Assembly (NCBI GenBank): GCA_963749705.1
Contig: CAVVNQ010000015.1
Location: 96,001-160,000, forward strand
DNA length: 64,000 nt
DNA from: an uncultured Chloroflexia bacterium
GTDB lineage: Bacteria; Chloroflexota; Limnocylindria; Limnocylindrales; CSP1-4
Reading direction: 5' to 3'
This document shows, one piece after another, positions 54,289 to 63,026 of the stretch. The notes under the pieces are model-generated. The model worked only from the letters and a program-made list of their open reading frames with translations, ran no database searches and was not told where the DNA came from. Position numbers and translations under genes: made by a program. Each line of letters begins with the position of its first letter. Position 1 is the stretch's first letter.

Positions 54289-54990
54289 ATGATCGTCGAG
54301 CTGCGGATCCTCCGCTACGACCCCGAGCGGGACGCCAGGCCGCACGAGGAGGTCTACAAGGTCGAGGCCGGGCCGATGGACCGCGTCCTCGACCTGCTGC
54401 ACAAGGTCAAGTACGAGCAGGACGGCAGCCTGACCTTCCGCCGGTCGTGCGGACACGGTGTGTGCGGGTCGGATGCGATGCTGATCAACGGCCGCAACCG
54501 GCTCGCCTGCAAGATCCGCGTCGACCAGCTCGGCGGTCGCAGGATCACCGTGGCACCGCTGCCCGGCCTGCCCGTGATGAAGGATCTCGTCGTCGACATG
54601 GACGCCTTCTTCGCGAAGTTCCGGAGCGTCCAGCCCTACCTCATCGCCGCGGAGCCCGCGACGGAGCGCGAGCGTCGCCAGTCGGCGGCCGACCGGGCCC
54701 GCTACGACGACACCACCAAGTGCATCCTGTGCGCGGCGTGCACGTCCTCGTGCCCGTCGTTCTGGGCGCAGCCGGGATACGTCGGGCCGGCCGCGATCGT
54801 CAACGCCCACCGGTTCATCTTCGACACCCGTGACGAGGCCGCCGAGGAGCGACTGGAGATCCTGGCCGACAGCGATGGCGTCTGGCGCTGCCGGACGATC
54901 TTCAACTGCACCGATGCGTGCCCGCGCGGCATCCACATCACGCAGGCGATCCTCGAGGTGTCCTCGGCGATCGTGGGGCGACACGCCTGA
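54289..54990 (+). CDS. sdhB: Succinate dehydrogenase Fe-S subunit
   Basis: SCGHGVCGSD, CILCAACTSSCP and CRTIFNCTDACP motifs. Confidence 0.97.
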   Translation: MIVELRILRYDPERDARPHEEVYKVEAGPMDRVLDLLHKVKYEQDGSLTFRRSCGHGVCGSDAMLINGRNRLACKIRVDQLGGRRITVAPLPGLPVMKDLVVDMDAFFAKFRSVQPYLIAAEPATERERRQSAADRARYDDTTKCILCAACTSSCPSFWAQPGYVGPAAIVNAHRFIFDTRDEAAEERLEILADSDGVWRCRTIFNCTDACPRGIHITQAILEVSSAIVGRHA

Positions 54991-55484
54991 GCGAGGCGCC
55001 GCTGCCGGTCTACCCGCACGTCGTCATCCGCACCGACGGCGCTGCGCGGGGCAATCCCGGGCCGGCCTCGCTCGGTGCGGCGCTGTTCGATGCGTCCCGC
55101 CCGGACGCGAAGGATCCGGCCGCGGCGCCGGATGCGACGATCTCCGAGGCGCTCGGCCACCAGACCAACAATGTCGCCGAGTGGACCGGCGTCGTCCGCG
55201 CGCTCGACCTTGCTCTGCGGCTGGGCGCACGACGGGTCGACCTGTTCCTCGATTCCAAGCTGATCGTGGAGCAGCTCCACGGCCGCTGGCGGGTCAAGGA
55301 TGCCAAGCTCCAGCCGCTGTGGGCACAGGCGACTGCGACGCTGGGTCGCCTCGAGGGCTGGTCCGCGACGCACGTGCCGCGGGCCCAGAACTCGACGGCG
55401 GACCGGCTCGCAAACGAGGCGCTCGACCGGGTGGCCGCCGGCGGTCCGATGCGCATCGCTCGGGCCCGCAGGGTGGGTGACTGA
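54987..55484 (+). CDS. rnhA: Ribonuclease HI (possible CTG start)
   Basis: TDGAARGNPG, TNNVAE, DSKL and HVPRAQNSTADRLAN motifs. Confidence 0.9.
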   Translation: MSEAPLPVYPHVVIRTDGAARGNPGPASLGAALFDASRPDAKDPAAAPDATISEALGHQTNNVAEWTGVVRALDLALRLGARRVDLFLDSKLIVEQLHGRWRVKDAKLQPLWAQATATLGRLEGWSATHVPRAQNSTADRLANEALDRVAAGGPMRIARARRVGD

Positions 55485-55494
55485 GGGCGCTGCT

Positions 55495-55753
55495 CGGGCG
55501 GGTCCCGGACCCGACGCACGTTGCCCGAGGACCGGCCTCACCTGCCACGCCGTCGACGCCACGAGCCGCCGACTCACGCCGCGAGTCACTGCGCCCACCC
55601 GGCTGGCGCCTCGCCGTCGCGAAGCCCGTCCGGAACGTCGACACGCAGCTTGGGCCTCGCCTCTGACGCGCTCGGTGAGTCACGGGGTCGTGGGCGCGAC
55701 GCGGCGCCGGTCGGGCGCGGGCGGGTCCCGGACCCGACGCACGTTGCCCGAGG
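55495..55753. repeat. Two perfect 36-bp direct repeats flanking a 187-bp imperfect hairpin
   Basis: CGGGCGGGTCCCGGACCCGACGCACGTTGCCCGAGG at 55495-55530 and 55718-55753. Confidence 0.85.
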
Positions 55754-55785
55754 GGTTTCGTCCACCCACCGCGTACAATCCGCGA

Positions 55786-56132
55786 GCCAGCGAGACGGCC
55801 GGATGGTCGCGCGGCTGCCGGGCAACCGTCAGCCGTGAGGAAAGTCCGAGCTCCTCAGCGCGGGGTAGCGGGTAACGCCCGTCCGCCGTGAGGCGAGGAC
55901 CAGTGCCACAGTGACGATGCCGGCCATCGAGGCCGGAGTGAAACGCGGCAAACTCTACCCGGAGCAAGGCCAAATAGGAGGGCGCAACCCCGGTTCGCCG
56001 GGGGGAGAGGTGCGCTGCCCAGCCCTCGGGTCGGCTGCATGAGCCGTCGGGCAACCGGCGGCCTCAGATGGATGACCGTCGCCGCGGCGCGAGTCGCGGT
56101 ACAGAACTCGGCTTACAGGCCGCCTCGCTGGC
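55786..56132 (+). ncRNA. rnpB: RNase P RNA
   Basis: GAGGAAAGTCC, CAGTGCCACAG, GGCAAAC..CCGGAGCAAGGCCAAATAG and ACAGAACTCGGCTTA; terminal P1 pairing GCCAGCGAG/CTCGCTGGC; TACAAT (-10) at 55774. Confidence 0.96.
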
Positions 56133-56219
56133 ACAACCGCGGTCCTGGCTGTGGTGACATCCGCGCCTGCTGAGGCAGGGGCCTGCTCCACGGCCGCCGA
56201 TCCGGCTACCATCGTCGGA

Positions 56220-57470
56220 GTGCAGGAGCCCGCTGCGACCCACGATCCCGCGCCGTTTCGGTTGCGGCCGCTGATCCTGACCGTCTACCTGCCCACGTTC
56301 CTGCTGGCGTTTGGCCAGGGCGCGGTGCTTCCGATCATCCCGCTGTTCGCCAGCGACCTCGGCGCCAGCGTCGCCGTCGCGGGGCTCGTGTTCGCGATGC
56401 GCGGCCTCGGATCGATGGTGTTCGACGTTCCCGCGGGCGTCCTGGCATCACGGTTCGGGGATCGGCGAACGCTGATCGCCGGCGCGCTCGTGATCGCGGT
56501 CGTCGGGCTGGGCTCGGCCACGAGCCGGTCCGTTGCGCAGCTCGCCCTGTTCACGTTCCTGTTCGGGGCCGGGAACTCGGTGTTCCAGGTCGGCCGGCTC
56601 GCCTACATCTCGGAGATCACCCCCATCGGCCAGCGCGGCCGCGTGATCACGCTGCTGGCGGGCCTCGACCGGGTCGCGCTGTTCGCCTCGCCGATCGTGG
56701 GCGGGCTCGTGGCCGCGACCTTCGGTTTGGCGGCGCCGTTCCTGGTCCAGGCCGCCGCCGGTGCGTCGGCTGCCGTGCTGATCTGGTTCGTCGTCCGGGA
56801 CAACGTCGTCGTTCCCCTCGCATCCGGCCACCGCGTGTACCGGCGCGTGGGAAGCACGCTCTCCCGCAATCGCCGCAGCTTCCTGACCTGGGGCGTGGCC
56901 GTCATCACCCTCCAGGTGATCCGCGGCGGGCGCCAGGTCCTGATCCCGCTGTGGGGCGCCGGGATCGGGCTCGACGTCGTGGCGATCGGTCTCGTGGTCG
57001 GGCTCTCGGCCGGCATCGACATGCTGCTGTTCTACCCGGTAGGGCACGTGATGGACCGCTTCGGACGGAAGTGGGTCGCCACGCCGAGCCTGGTCGTGCT
57101 CTCGATCGGGGTCGCGCTCATCCCGCTCGCGGGAACGTTCGAGGCGCTGCTGCTGGTCGGGCTCATCACCGGCCTGGGCAACGGGCTGGGGACCGGGATC
57201 GTGATGACGCTCGGCGCGGATCTCTCGCCGCCGATCGGTCGCGGCGAGTTCCTGGGAGTGTGGCGCCTGATCGCGGACGTCGGGACCGCGGGCGGACCGT
57301 TCGTGATCGCCGCCATCGCACACGTGCTCACGCTTGGCGCCGCGTCGCTCGCCGTCGGCGGCGTGGGGCTTGCCGGCGCGCTGTTCCTTACCGTCGCCGC
57401 GCGCGAGACCCTGACGTCACCGCAGCCTGCCGCCGTGCACGCCGGGCTCGGCGGCTCGTCGGGACGTTGA
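56220..57470 (+). CDS. MFS transporter
   Basis: About 12 TM; GVLASRFGDRR and GHVMDRFGRK motifs; TACCAT 7 nt before the GTG. Confidence 0.9.
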   Translation: MQEPAATHDPAPFRLRPLILTVYLPTFLLAFGQGAVLPIIPLFASDLGASVAVAGLVFAMRGLGSMVFDVPAGVLASRFGDRRTLIAGALVIAVVGLGSATSRSVAQLALFTFLFGAGNSVFQVGRLAYISEITPIGQRGRVITLLAGLDRVALFASPIVGGLVAATFGLAAPFLVQAAAGASAAVLIWFVVRDNVVVPLASGHRVYRRVGSTLSRNRRSFLTWGVAVITLQVIRGGRQVLIPLWGAGIGLDVVAIGLVVGLSAGIDMLLFYPVGHVMDRFGRKWVATPSLVVLSIGVALIPLAGTFEALLLVGLITGLGNGLGTGIVMTLGADLSPPIGRGEFLGVWRLIADVGTAGGPFVIAAIAHVLTLGAASLAVGGVGLAGALFLTVAARETLTSPQPAAVHAGLGGSSGR

Positions 57471-57509
57471 TGCCACGCGGGGAACGTGACCGTTTCCGGT
57501 GGTCCGGGC

Positions 57510-57767
57510 TCAGTCCTCGTCGGGCCGGAAGATGTGCGCCGCGGTGCACGCGTTGCAGATCGGCATCGAAGAGTCCAGGTCTCCGAGCGGGATCGGCAGC
57601 CGGCGGTCCGGGTACAGGCACTCCACCTCGTAGACCCGTTCCCGCGCACGGTCGAGCGAGATCAGGCGCCGATACGTGCAGCGCCGGATCCGATGCGGCG
57701 CGAGGCGCGACGGATCGTTCTCGTGGGACGCGACTTCGGCGACGGGAGCGGTGGTGGGGAGCGCCAT
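57510..57767 (-). CDS. Small 4-Cys hypothetical protein
   Basis: RRCTYRR..ECLY..ICNAC..FRPDED; start uncertain. Confidence 0.6.
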   Translation of the reverse strand: MALPTTAPVAEVASHENDPSRLAPHRIRRCTYRRLISLDRARERVYEVECLYPDRRLPIPLGDLDSSMPICNACTAAHIFRPDED

Positions 57768-57956
57768 GAGCGGCAGGGCCGGTTTCTCCGCGGTGTCGGA
57801 TCGAGGACGAGCTCGCCGATGTGTCAAACGACGGTGGAGGTGCAGCCTAGCACCCCGGATTCCGTACCGACAATGCGCAGGAGGTACTAGACTCGCCCGC
57901 ATCGGGGGCTTGCGTTGTCGCGTCACCTGGAGGGGCAGGACCTGAAGGACGACTGG

Positions 57957-58811
57957 ATGTCTGCCGCGGAGGGCGGTGACATCGCCGACGAGCCTCGGAC
58001 CGCAACCGACGGGCGCGCCACCACGCGTCCCGCCCTGCCCCTGTTCGATGACGCGGCACGCTCGCCCGACCCGGGTGTCTGCCCGTTCTTCCGGCGCGAG
58101 GTCGACGGCAAGCTGTTCGCCCCGCTCGATGAGCCGGACGACGGCAACCGGTGCGTCGCGATCGGCGGCCCGCGGCCCCAGTCGGTTCGCCAGCAGGAGC
58201 TCGTCTGCCTGCATCCGGCGCATGCGGACTGTCCCCGCTATCTGCGTGGGGCAATGCTCCTCGCAGAGCCCCCGCCGAGGGCGACACCGGCCGTGCCCCG
58301 CGCAACGCTGGCTGCCCTTCTGGTCCTGGTGCTGAGCGCCGGGATCTCGTTCGGGTTCGTCGTGCAACGCGGTGGGATCGACCTGCCGGCCACGGGCGCC
58401 GGTGCCTCGCCGACCGGGCTCGCGATCATCGCGTCTCCGACACCTGCAGCAACGCCCGGCCCGACCGGCGTGCCGGCATCGCCATCCGAGAGCCTCGTGC
58501 CCGCGCCGGAAGCCACGGCCAGCCCCACCCCCGCCCCCACGCCGGTCCCGACCGTCGAGCCGACGCCGAGCCCGACCGCCGCCCCGACGGCGACCCCGCA
58601 GCCCACCAGTGATCGCTACGCCCTGCTGACGCCGTGCACTGACCAGGCGGACTGCTACACGTACACCGTCCGGGCCGGCGACAACCTGTTCAGCATCGCC
58701 AACTACTTCGGCGTGCCGCTGGACACGGTCTACGCCTGGAACCCGAAGTACGCGAACGGCGCGGGCCTGCGGGCGGGCGACCAGATCCGGATGCCACCGC
58801 CCACCCGGTAG
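57957..58811 (+). CDS. Membrane-anchored LysM protein with N-terminal Cys cluster
   Basis: CPFF..RC..CLHPAHADCPRY, a TM helix, a Pro/Thr linker, and LysM (YTVRAGDNLFSIA..LRAGDQIRMP). Confidence 0.85.
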   Translation: MSAAEGGDIADEPRTATDGRATTRPALPLFDDAARSPDPGVCPFFRREVDGKLFAPLDEPDDGNRCVAIGGPRPQSVRQQELVCLHPAHADCPRYLRGAMLLAEPPPRATPAVPRATLAALLVLVLSAGISFGFVVQRGGIDLPATGAGASPTGLAIIASPTPAATPGPTGVPASPSESLVPAPEATASPTPAPTPVPTVEPTPSPTAAPTATPQPTSDRYALLTPCTDQADCYTYTVRAGDNLFSIANYFGVPLDTVYAWNPKYANGAGLRAGDQIRMPPPTR

Positions 58812-58910
58812 CCCGCGACGACCTGCGGGCGCGGCCACACGGCGAACATCGTCTCGCTCAGGCCGCCGGCGCGACCCGGACTCCGACCACCATCCCCTGC
58901 AATTCGGCCA

Positions 58911-58972
58911 TTGACGGCCGCCCCACGCGCGCTAGAATGCCCAGAAGTGGCGCAAAGTGGTGGAAAGTGGGG
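58911..58972 (+). promoter_or_regulatory. dcw promoter with three MraZ boxes
   Basis: TTGACG-N16-TAGAAT; AAGTGG at 58945, 58955 and 58965 (10-bp period). Confidence 0.85.
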
Positions 58973-59031
58973 AATGCCCCGCGGTTGATCGATCCACCCG
59001 TCGCCGCGAGGGACGTCAGGAGCTGGGATCG

Positions 59032-59460
59032 GTGTTCACCGGCGAGTACCGGCACGCGGTCGACGACAAGGGACGGATCGCCGTCCCGTCGCGATTCCGC
59101 GCGCAGCTCGACGGTGGGGCCGTGGTCGCAAGGTGGCTCGACACCTGTCTTGCGATCTTCCCCAGGAGCGCATGGGAGGAGCTGGCGACCAAAGTCGGCA
59201 GCCTGCCCATGACCGACCCCAACGCCCGGCTGCTGCAGCGACAGCTGTTCGCGGGTGCCTTCGAGACGGAGCTCGACCGCCAGGGTCGGGTGCTCGTTCC
59301 GCAGGGGCTGCGCTCGTTCGCCGGCCTCGAGGCCGACGCGATGGTGCTCGGATCCCGGGATCACGCCGAGATCTGGGCGCCGGACCGATGGGCGGATTAC
59401 AGCCGCAGCCTCGAGGACCCGGACGCGTTCGCGCAGGCGATCGCCGGGCTGGGGATCTGA
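59032..59460 (+). CDS. mraZ: Division/cell wall cluster repressor MraZ
   Basis: FTGEYRHAVDDKGRIAVP, DRQGRVLVP and EIW motifs. Confidence 0.96.
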   Translation: MFTGEYRHAVDDKGRIAVPSRFRAQLDGGAVVARWLDTCLAIFPRSAWEELATKVGSLPMTDPNARLLQRQLFAGAFETELDRQGRVLVPQGLRSFAGLEADAMVLGSRDHAEIWAPDRWADYSRSLEDPDAFAQAIAGLGI

Positions 59461-59521
59461 CGTCGCACCAAATGCGCTTCCAGGGTCCGCTCGGGATCCG
59501 CAATCGACACGTGGAGGAGTG

Positions 59522-60466
59522 ATGGAGGAAGGGCACTTGCCGGTCATGCCGGACGAGGTCCTCGGGACGCTCGCCCCCAGGCCCGGCAGCCTCCAGATCG
59601 ACGCGACGGTCGGCGGCGGTGGGCACACCGAGCGGATCCTGGAGGCCGCCAGCCCCGACGGCCGGGTCCTCGGGCTCGATGCCGACGGGGCGGCGATCGA
59701 GCGCGTCCGGCTGCGACTCGCCCGCTTCGGCGATCGGCTGGTGCTCCGGCGCGCGAACTTCCGCGAGCTTGCGACGATCGCCCCCGAGGCCGGGTTCGGC
59801 GCCGTCGACGGCATGCTGTTCGACCTCGGATTGTCGTCGTTCCAGCTGGCCGACCGCGAGCGTGGCTTCGGCTTCCGCGCCGGCGGCCCCCTCGACATGC
59901 GGTTCGATGCGACGCGCGGGGTCCCGGCGGCGGAGCTGCTCGCGACCCTCGATGCGGACGAGCTCGCCGCCCTGTTCCGTCGCTACGGCGAGGAGCCTGC
60001 GGCGTGGAAGATCGCCAGGGCGATCGTGGCGGCGAGGGCGACCGCGCCGATCCGGACCGCGGAAGAGCTGGCCGGGCTGATCGAGCGCGTCTCGCCCCCA
60101 AACCCACGCCAGCGCCGGCGGACCCATCCCGCCACGCGCACGTTCCAGGCGCTGCGGATCGCGGTCAACGAGGAGCTGGACGCGCTGAGCGACGGCCTCG
60201 CCGCGGCGGTGGACCTGCTGCGCCCCGGCGGACGGCTGGTCGTCCTGTCCTATCACTCGCTCGAGGACAGGATCGTCAAGCGCGCGTTCAACGCCGAGCG
60301 ACGGGGCTGCATCTGCCCGCCCCAGGCCCCGGTGTGCGTCTGCGGCCGGGCGCCGCGGCTGCGCCTGGTGACACGGCCGTCCATGACCCCGACCGATGTC
60401 GAGATCGATGCCAACCCACGATCCCGCAGCGCGCGCCTCCGGGCCGCCGAGCGGCTGGCCGCCTGA
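59522..60466 (+). CDS. rsmH: 16S rRNA m4C1402 methyltransferase
   Basis: HLPVM, DATVGGGGH, DLGLSSFQL, SYHSLEDR and NPRSRSARLR motifs. Confidence 0.97.
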   Translation: MEEGHLPVMPDEVLGTLAPRPGSLQIDATVGGGGHTERILEAASPDGRVLGLDADGAAIERVRLRLARFGDRLVLRRANFRELATIAPEAGFGAVDGMLFDLGLSSFQLADRERGFGFRAGGPLDMRFDATRGVPAAELLATLDADELAALFRRYGEEPAAWKIARAIVAARATAPIRTAEELAGLIERVSPPNPRQRRRTHPATRTFQALRIAVNEELDALSDGLAAAVDLLRPGGRLVVLSYHSLEDRIVKRAFNAERRGCICPPQAPVCVCGRAPRLRLVTRPSMTPTDVEIDANPRSRSARLRAAERLAA

Positions 60467-60570
60467 GCGCGAGGAGGATCGATCGAGGCAGACCACCGAC
60501 GCCGCCCCTCGCGCCCCGTCGATCCCGCCGGCCCACGTGGCCGCGGCCCCGCCCACGGAGGAGGAGTCCC

Positions 60571-60768
60571 GTGAGCAAGCGCCACCAGTCCAATCGCCGC
60601 AAGTCCTACGGACGTCGCCAGCACGAGCTCGCCGAGCGGCGGGTCCATCGTGACGACCCCGAGGCGCTCGACACCCAGATGAGCGAGACCGTGCCGCCCA
60701 CCATGGGCGACCGGTTCATCGCGCTCGATGCCGGCGTGCCGCTGCTGCTCTACACCATGGCCGATTGA
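60571..60768 (+). CDS. Small hypothetical protein (65 aa, basic N-terminus)
   Basis: GGAGGAGGAG RBS before the GTG; stop abuts the ftsL start. Confidence 0.6.
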   Translation: MSKRHQSNRRKSYGRRQHELAERRVHRDDPEALDTQMSETVPPTMGDRFIALDAGVPLLLYTMAD

Positions 60769-60770
60769 CG

Positions 60771-61154
60771 ATGGCCGTCTACCAGGGAGCCCGGCAGCGA
60801 ACCGTCGTCCTGCCGCGCCGTCCGCGCGTCGCGGTCGGAGCCCCCGCCCTGCCGCGGCGCCGGGTTCGAGCGGCGGTCAGGGCGCGTCGCGGGCCGTCGC
60901 GGATGGCGATCCTGCTGGGCGCGATCGTGATCGCGTTTGCCGCGGCGTTCTTCTCCCTGTCACAGGACATCCGGGTGTCCGCGACCGGGTACGAGGTCGA
61001 CCGGCTGACCAGCGAGCACGACCGCTACGATGCACAGGCCGCCGACCTGCTCAACGAGCTCAACCGGCTGGGCAAGGCTCCGGCCATCCGCAAGCTTGCG
61101 ATCCAGGCCGGGCTTGGCCCGCTTCCCGAGCCGCTCGTCATCCCCGCGCGCTGA
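60771..61154 (+). CDS. ftsL: Cell division protein FtsL-like
   Basis: Basic N-terminus, single TM, coiled coil ending IRKLAIQAGL; lies before ftsI. Confidence 0.7.
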   Translation: MAVYQGARQRTVVLPRRPRVAVGAPALPRRRVRAAVRARRGPSRMAILLGAIVIAFAAAFFSLSQDIRVSATGYEVDRLTSEHDRYDAQAADLLNELNRLGKAPAIRKLAIQAGLGPLPEPLVIPAR

Positions 61155-61170
61155 CGCGGACGACCGCCAG

Positions 61171-63000
61171 ATGCTCGGCCGGACCGATTCCCGAACTCGC
61201 GCCGTCGTCCTGCTGATCGCCTTCGTGGTGATCGCGGGCAGCGTCGGGGTGCGACTTGCCTACTGGCAGGTAGTCCGGCGGGACGAGCTTGCGACCCTGG
61301 CCCAGCAGCAGACGTCGCTGCGATACGAGATCCCAGCCGAGCGCGGGGCGATCTACGACCGGACCGGGACGGTCGTGCTGGCCACGACCGTGAGCCGCGA
61401 CCTCCTGGCCGCCAACCCCGTCATGCTGACGCTCAAGCGACGCGCGGAGGTGGCGCACAACCTGATCCAGGTGCTCGGCCTGGACGGTGCCGCGGCGGCG
61501 AACCTGTTCCAGCGCATGACCTCGGACAGCAAGTACACGGTGCTGGCGAGGGAGATCGAGCCCGCGATGTCGGACCGGATCCGTGCCATGAGCAAGGGCG
61601 ACAAGCCGGCGCTGTCGGGCCTCGTCCTGACGCCCGAGCCGATGCGGGTCTACCCCCAGCCCGGCGGTGGTCCCAACACGAGCCTGGCCGCGCACGTCCT
61701 GGGGTTCGTGAACCGTGAGGGGCAGGGGCAGTACGGGATCGAGCAGTACTACCAGGATGACCTCGCCGGCATGCCGCGGGTCGTGGCCGCGCAGCACGAC
61801 GCCTACGGCAACACGATTCCCGACACCTCGGTCGTGCTCGACTCCGGCGTGCCCGGGCAGGACCTGACGCTGACCATCGATGCCACCCTCCAGGTCGCGG
61901 TCGAGCAGGAGCTGCTGGCTGCCTGGATCGCCGATCGAGCCAAGCGAGCATCGGCCGTGGTCATGGATCCCTACACGGGCGAGGTGTACGCGTACGCGAG
62001 CTACCCGTCCTACGACGCGAACGACTACAGCGCGATCGCGGCCGAGGATCCGGGACGGTTCATCGACCCGATCGTGTCCACGGTCTATGAGCCCGGCAGC
62101 GTGTTCAAGATGCTGACGGCGATCGCGGCGCTGGGGGATGGCCACGTGACCATCAACACCAAGTTCAAGGACACCGGCACCCTGCGGCTGGATGGCGGCA
62201 AGACCCAGGTCGACGACGCCGACCACAAGCCGATGGGCTGGCTCACGTTCCAGGACGCGGTGGCCTACTCGCGCAATGTCGTGCTGGCCAGGGTCGGGCT
62301 CGGGCTGGGCAAGACGACGGCCGCCGCATCGCAGGTCCTGTACGACACCTGGCGGTCGATGGGCTTCGGGTCCACCACGGGCATCGACGTCGCCAACGAG
62401 GTCGGGGGCCTGGTCAACGACCCGGCCGCCAGGGTATGGCGCCAGATCGACCTCGCCAACGGGGCGTTCGGGCAGGGCGTCGCCGTGACGCCGATCCAGC
62501 TCGCCCAGGCCTATGCGGCGATGGTCAACGGCGGGACGCTCGTCCGGCCTCGCGTCGTCAAGGCGATCGGCCAGACGGTGACCGAGCCGGTCAGCGAAGG
62601 CCGCGTGATCTCACCCCAGCTGTCGACCACCCTCACCAACCTGATGCGCCACGTCGTGACCTCGGTCAACTTCTATCGCACCCGGACGGTCATCCCCGGC
62701 TTCGATGTGGGCGGCAAGACCGGCACCGCCCAGATCTGGGACTCGGCGAAGGGCGCCTGGAAGGTCAACATGTTCAACTACAGCTTCATCGGCTACATCG
62801 GTCGGGAGCAGGGGCACCCGGACCTCGTGATTGCGGTCCGGATCGAGGAGGGCACGCCCACGGTGGTCCGCCTCGGGCATCTCGAGATGCCGGTCATGTC
62901 GTTCGAGCTGTTCCGGAGGATCGCGCACGACGCGATCACCACCCCGGATCTCGTTCCCGAGCGCACCTCCACACCGGTCACCGCCGCGGTCAACCCGTGA
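61171..63000 (+). CDS. ftsI: Class B penicillin-binding protein (FtsI-like)
   Basis: RGAIYDRTG, YEPGSVFK (SxxK), SRN and KTGTAQ motifs. Confidence 0.9.
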   Translation: MLGRTDSRTRAVVLLIAFVVIAGSVGVRLAYWQVVRRDELATLAQQQTSLRYEIPAERGAIYDRTGTVVLATTVSRDLLAANPVMLTLKRRAEVAHNLIQVLGLDGAAAANLFQRMTSDSKYTVLAREIEPAMSDRIRAMSKGDKPALSGLVLTPEPMRVYPQPGGGPNTSLAAHVLGFVNREGQGQYGIEQYYQDDLAGMPRVVAAQHDAYGNTIPDTSVVLDSGVPGQDLTLTIDATLQVAVEQELLAAWIADRAKRASAVVMDPYTGEVYAYASYPSYDANDYSAIAAEDPGRFIDPIVSTVYEPGSVFKMLTAIAALGDGHVTINTKFKDTGTLRLDGGKTQVDDADHKPMGWLTFQDAVAYSRNVVLARVGLGLGKTTAAASQVLYDTWRSMGFGSTTGIDVANEVGGLVNDPAARVWRQIDLANGAFGQGVAVTPIQLAQAYAAMVNGGTLVRPRVVKAIGQTVTEPVSEGRVISPQLSTTLTNLMRHVVTSVNFYRTRTVIPGFDVGGKTGTAQIWDSAKGAWKVNMFNYSFIGYIGREQGHPDLVIAVRIEEGTPTVVRLGHLEMPVMSFELFRRIAHDAITTPDLVPERTSTPVTAAVNP

Positions 63001-63026
63001 GCGGCGCCTGTGCGACACTCGCCGGC

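Noticed and set aside
55495-55753. CRISPR array (36-bp palindromic repeat)
   Set aside because: Only two copies, a 187-bp spacer, and no cas genes.
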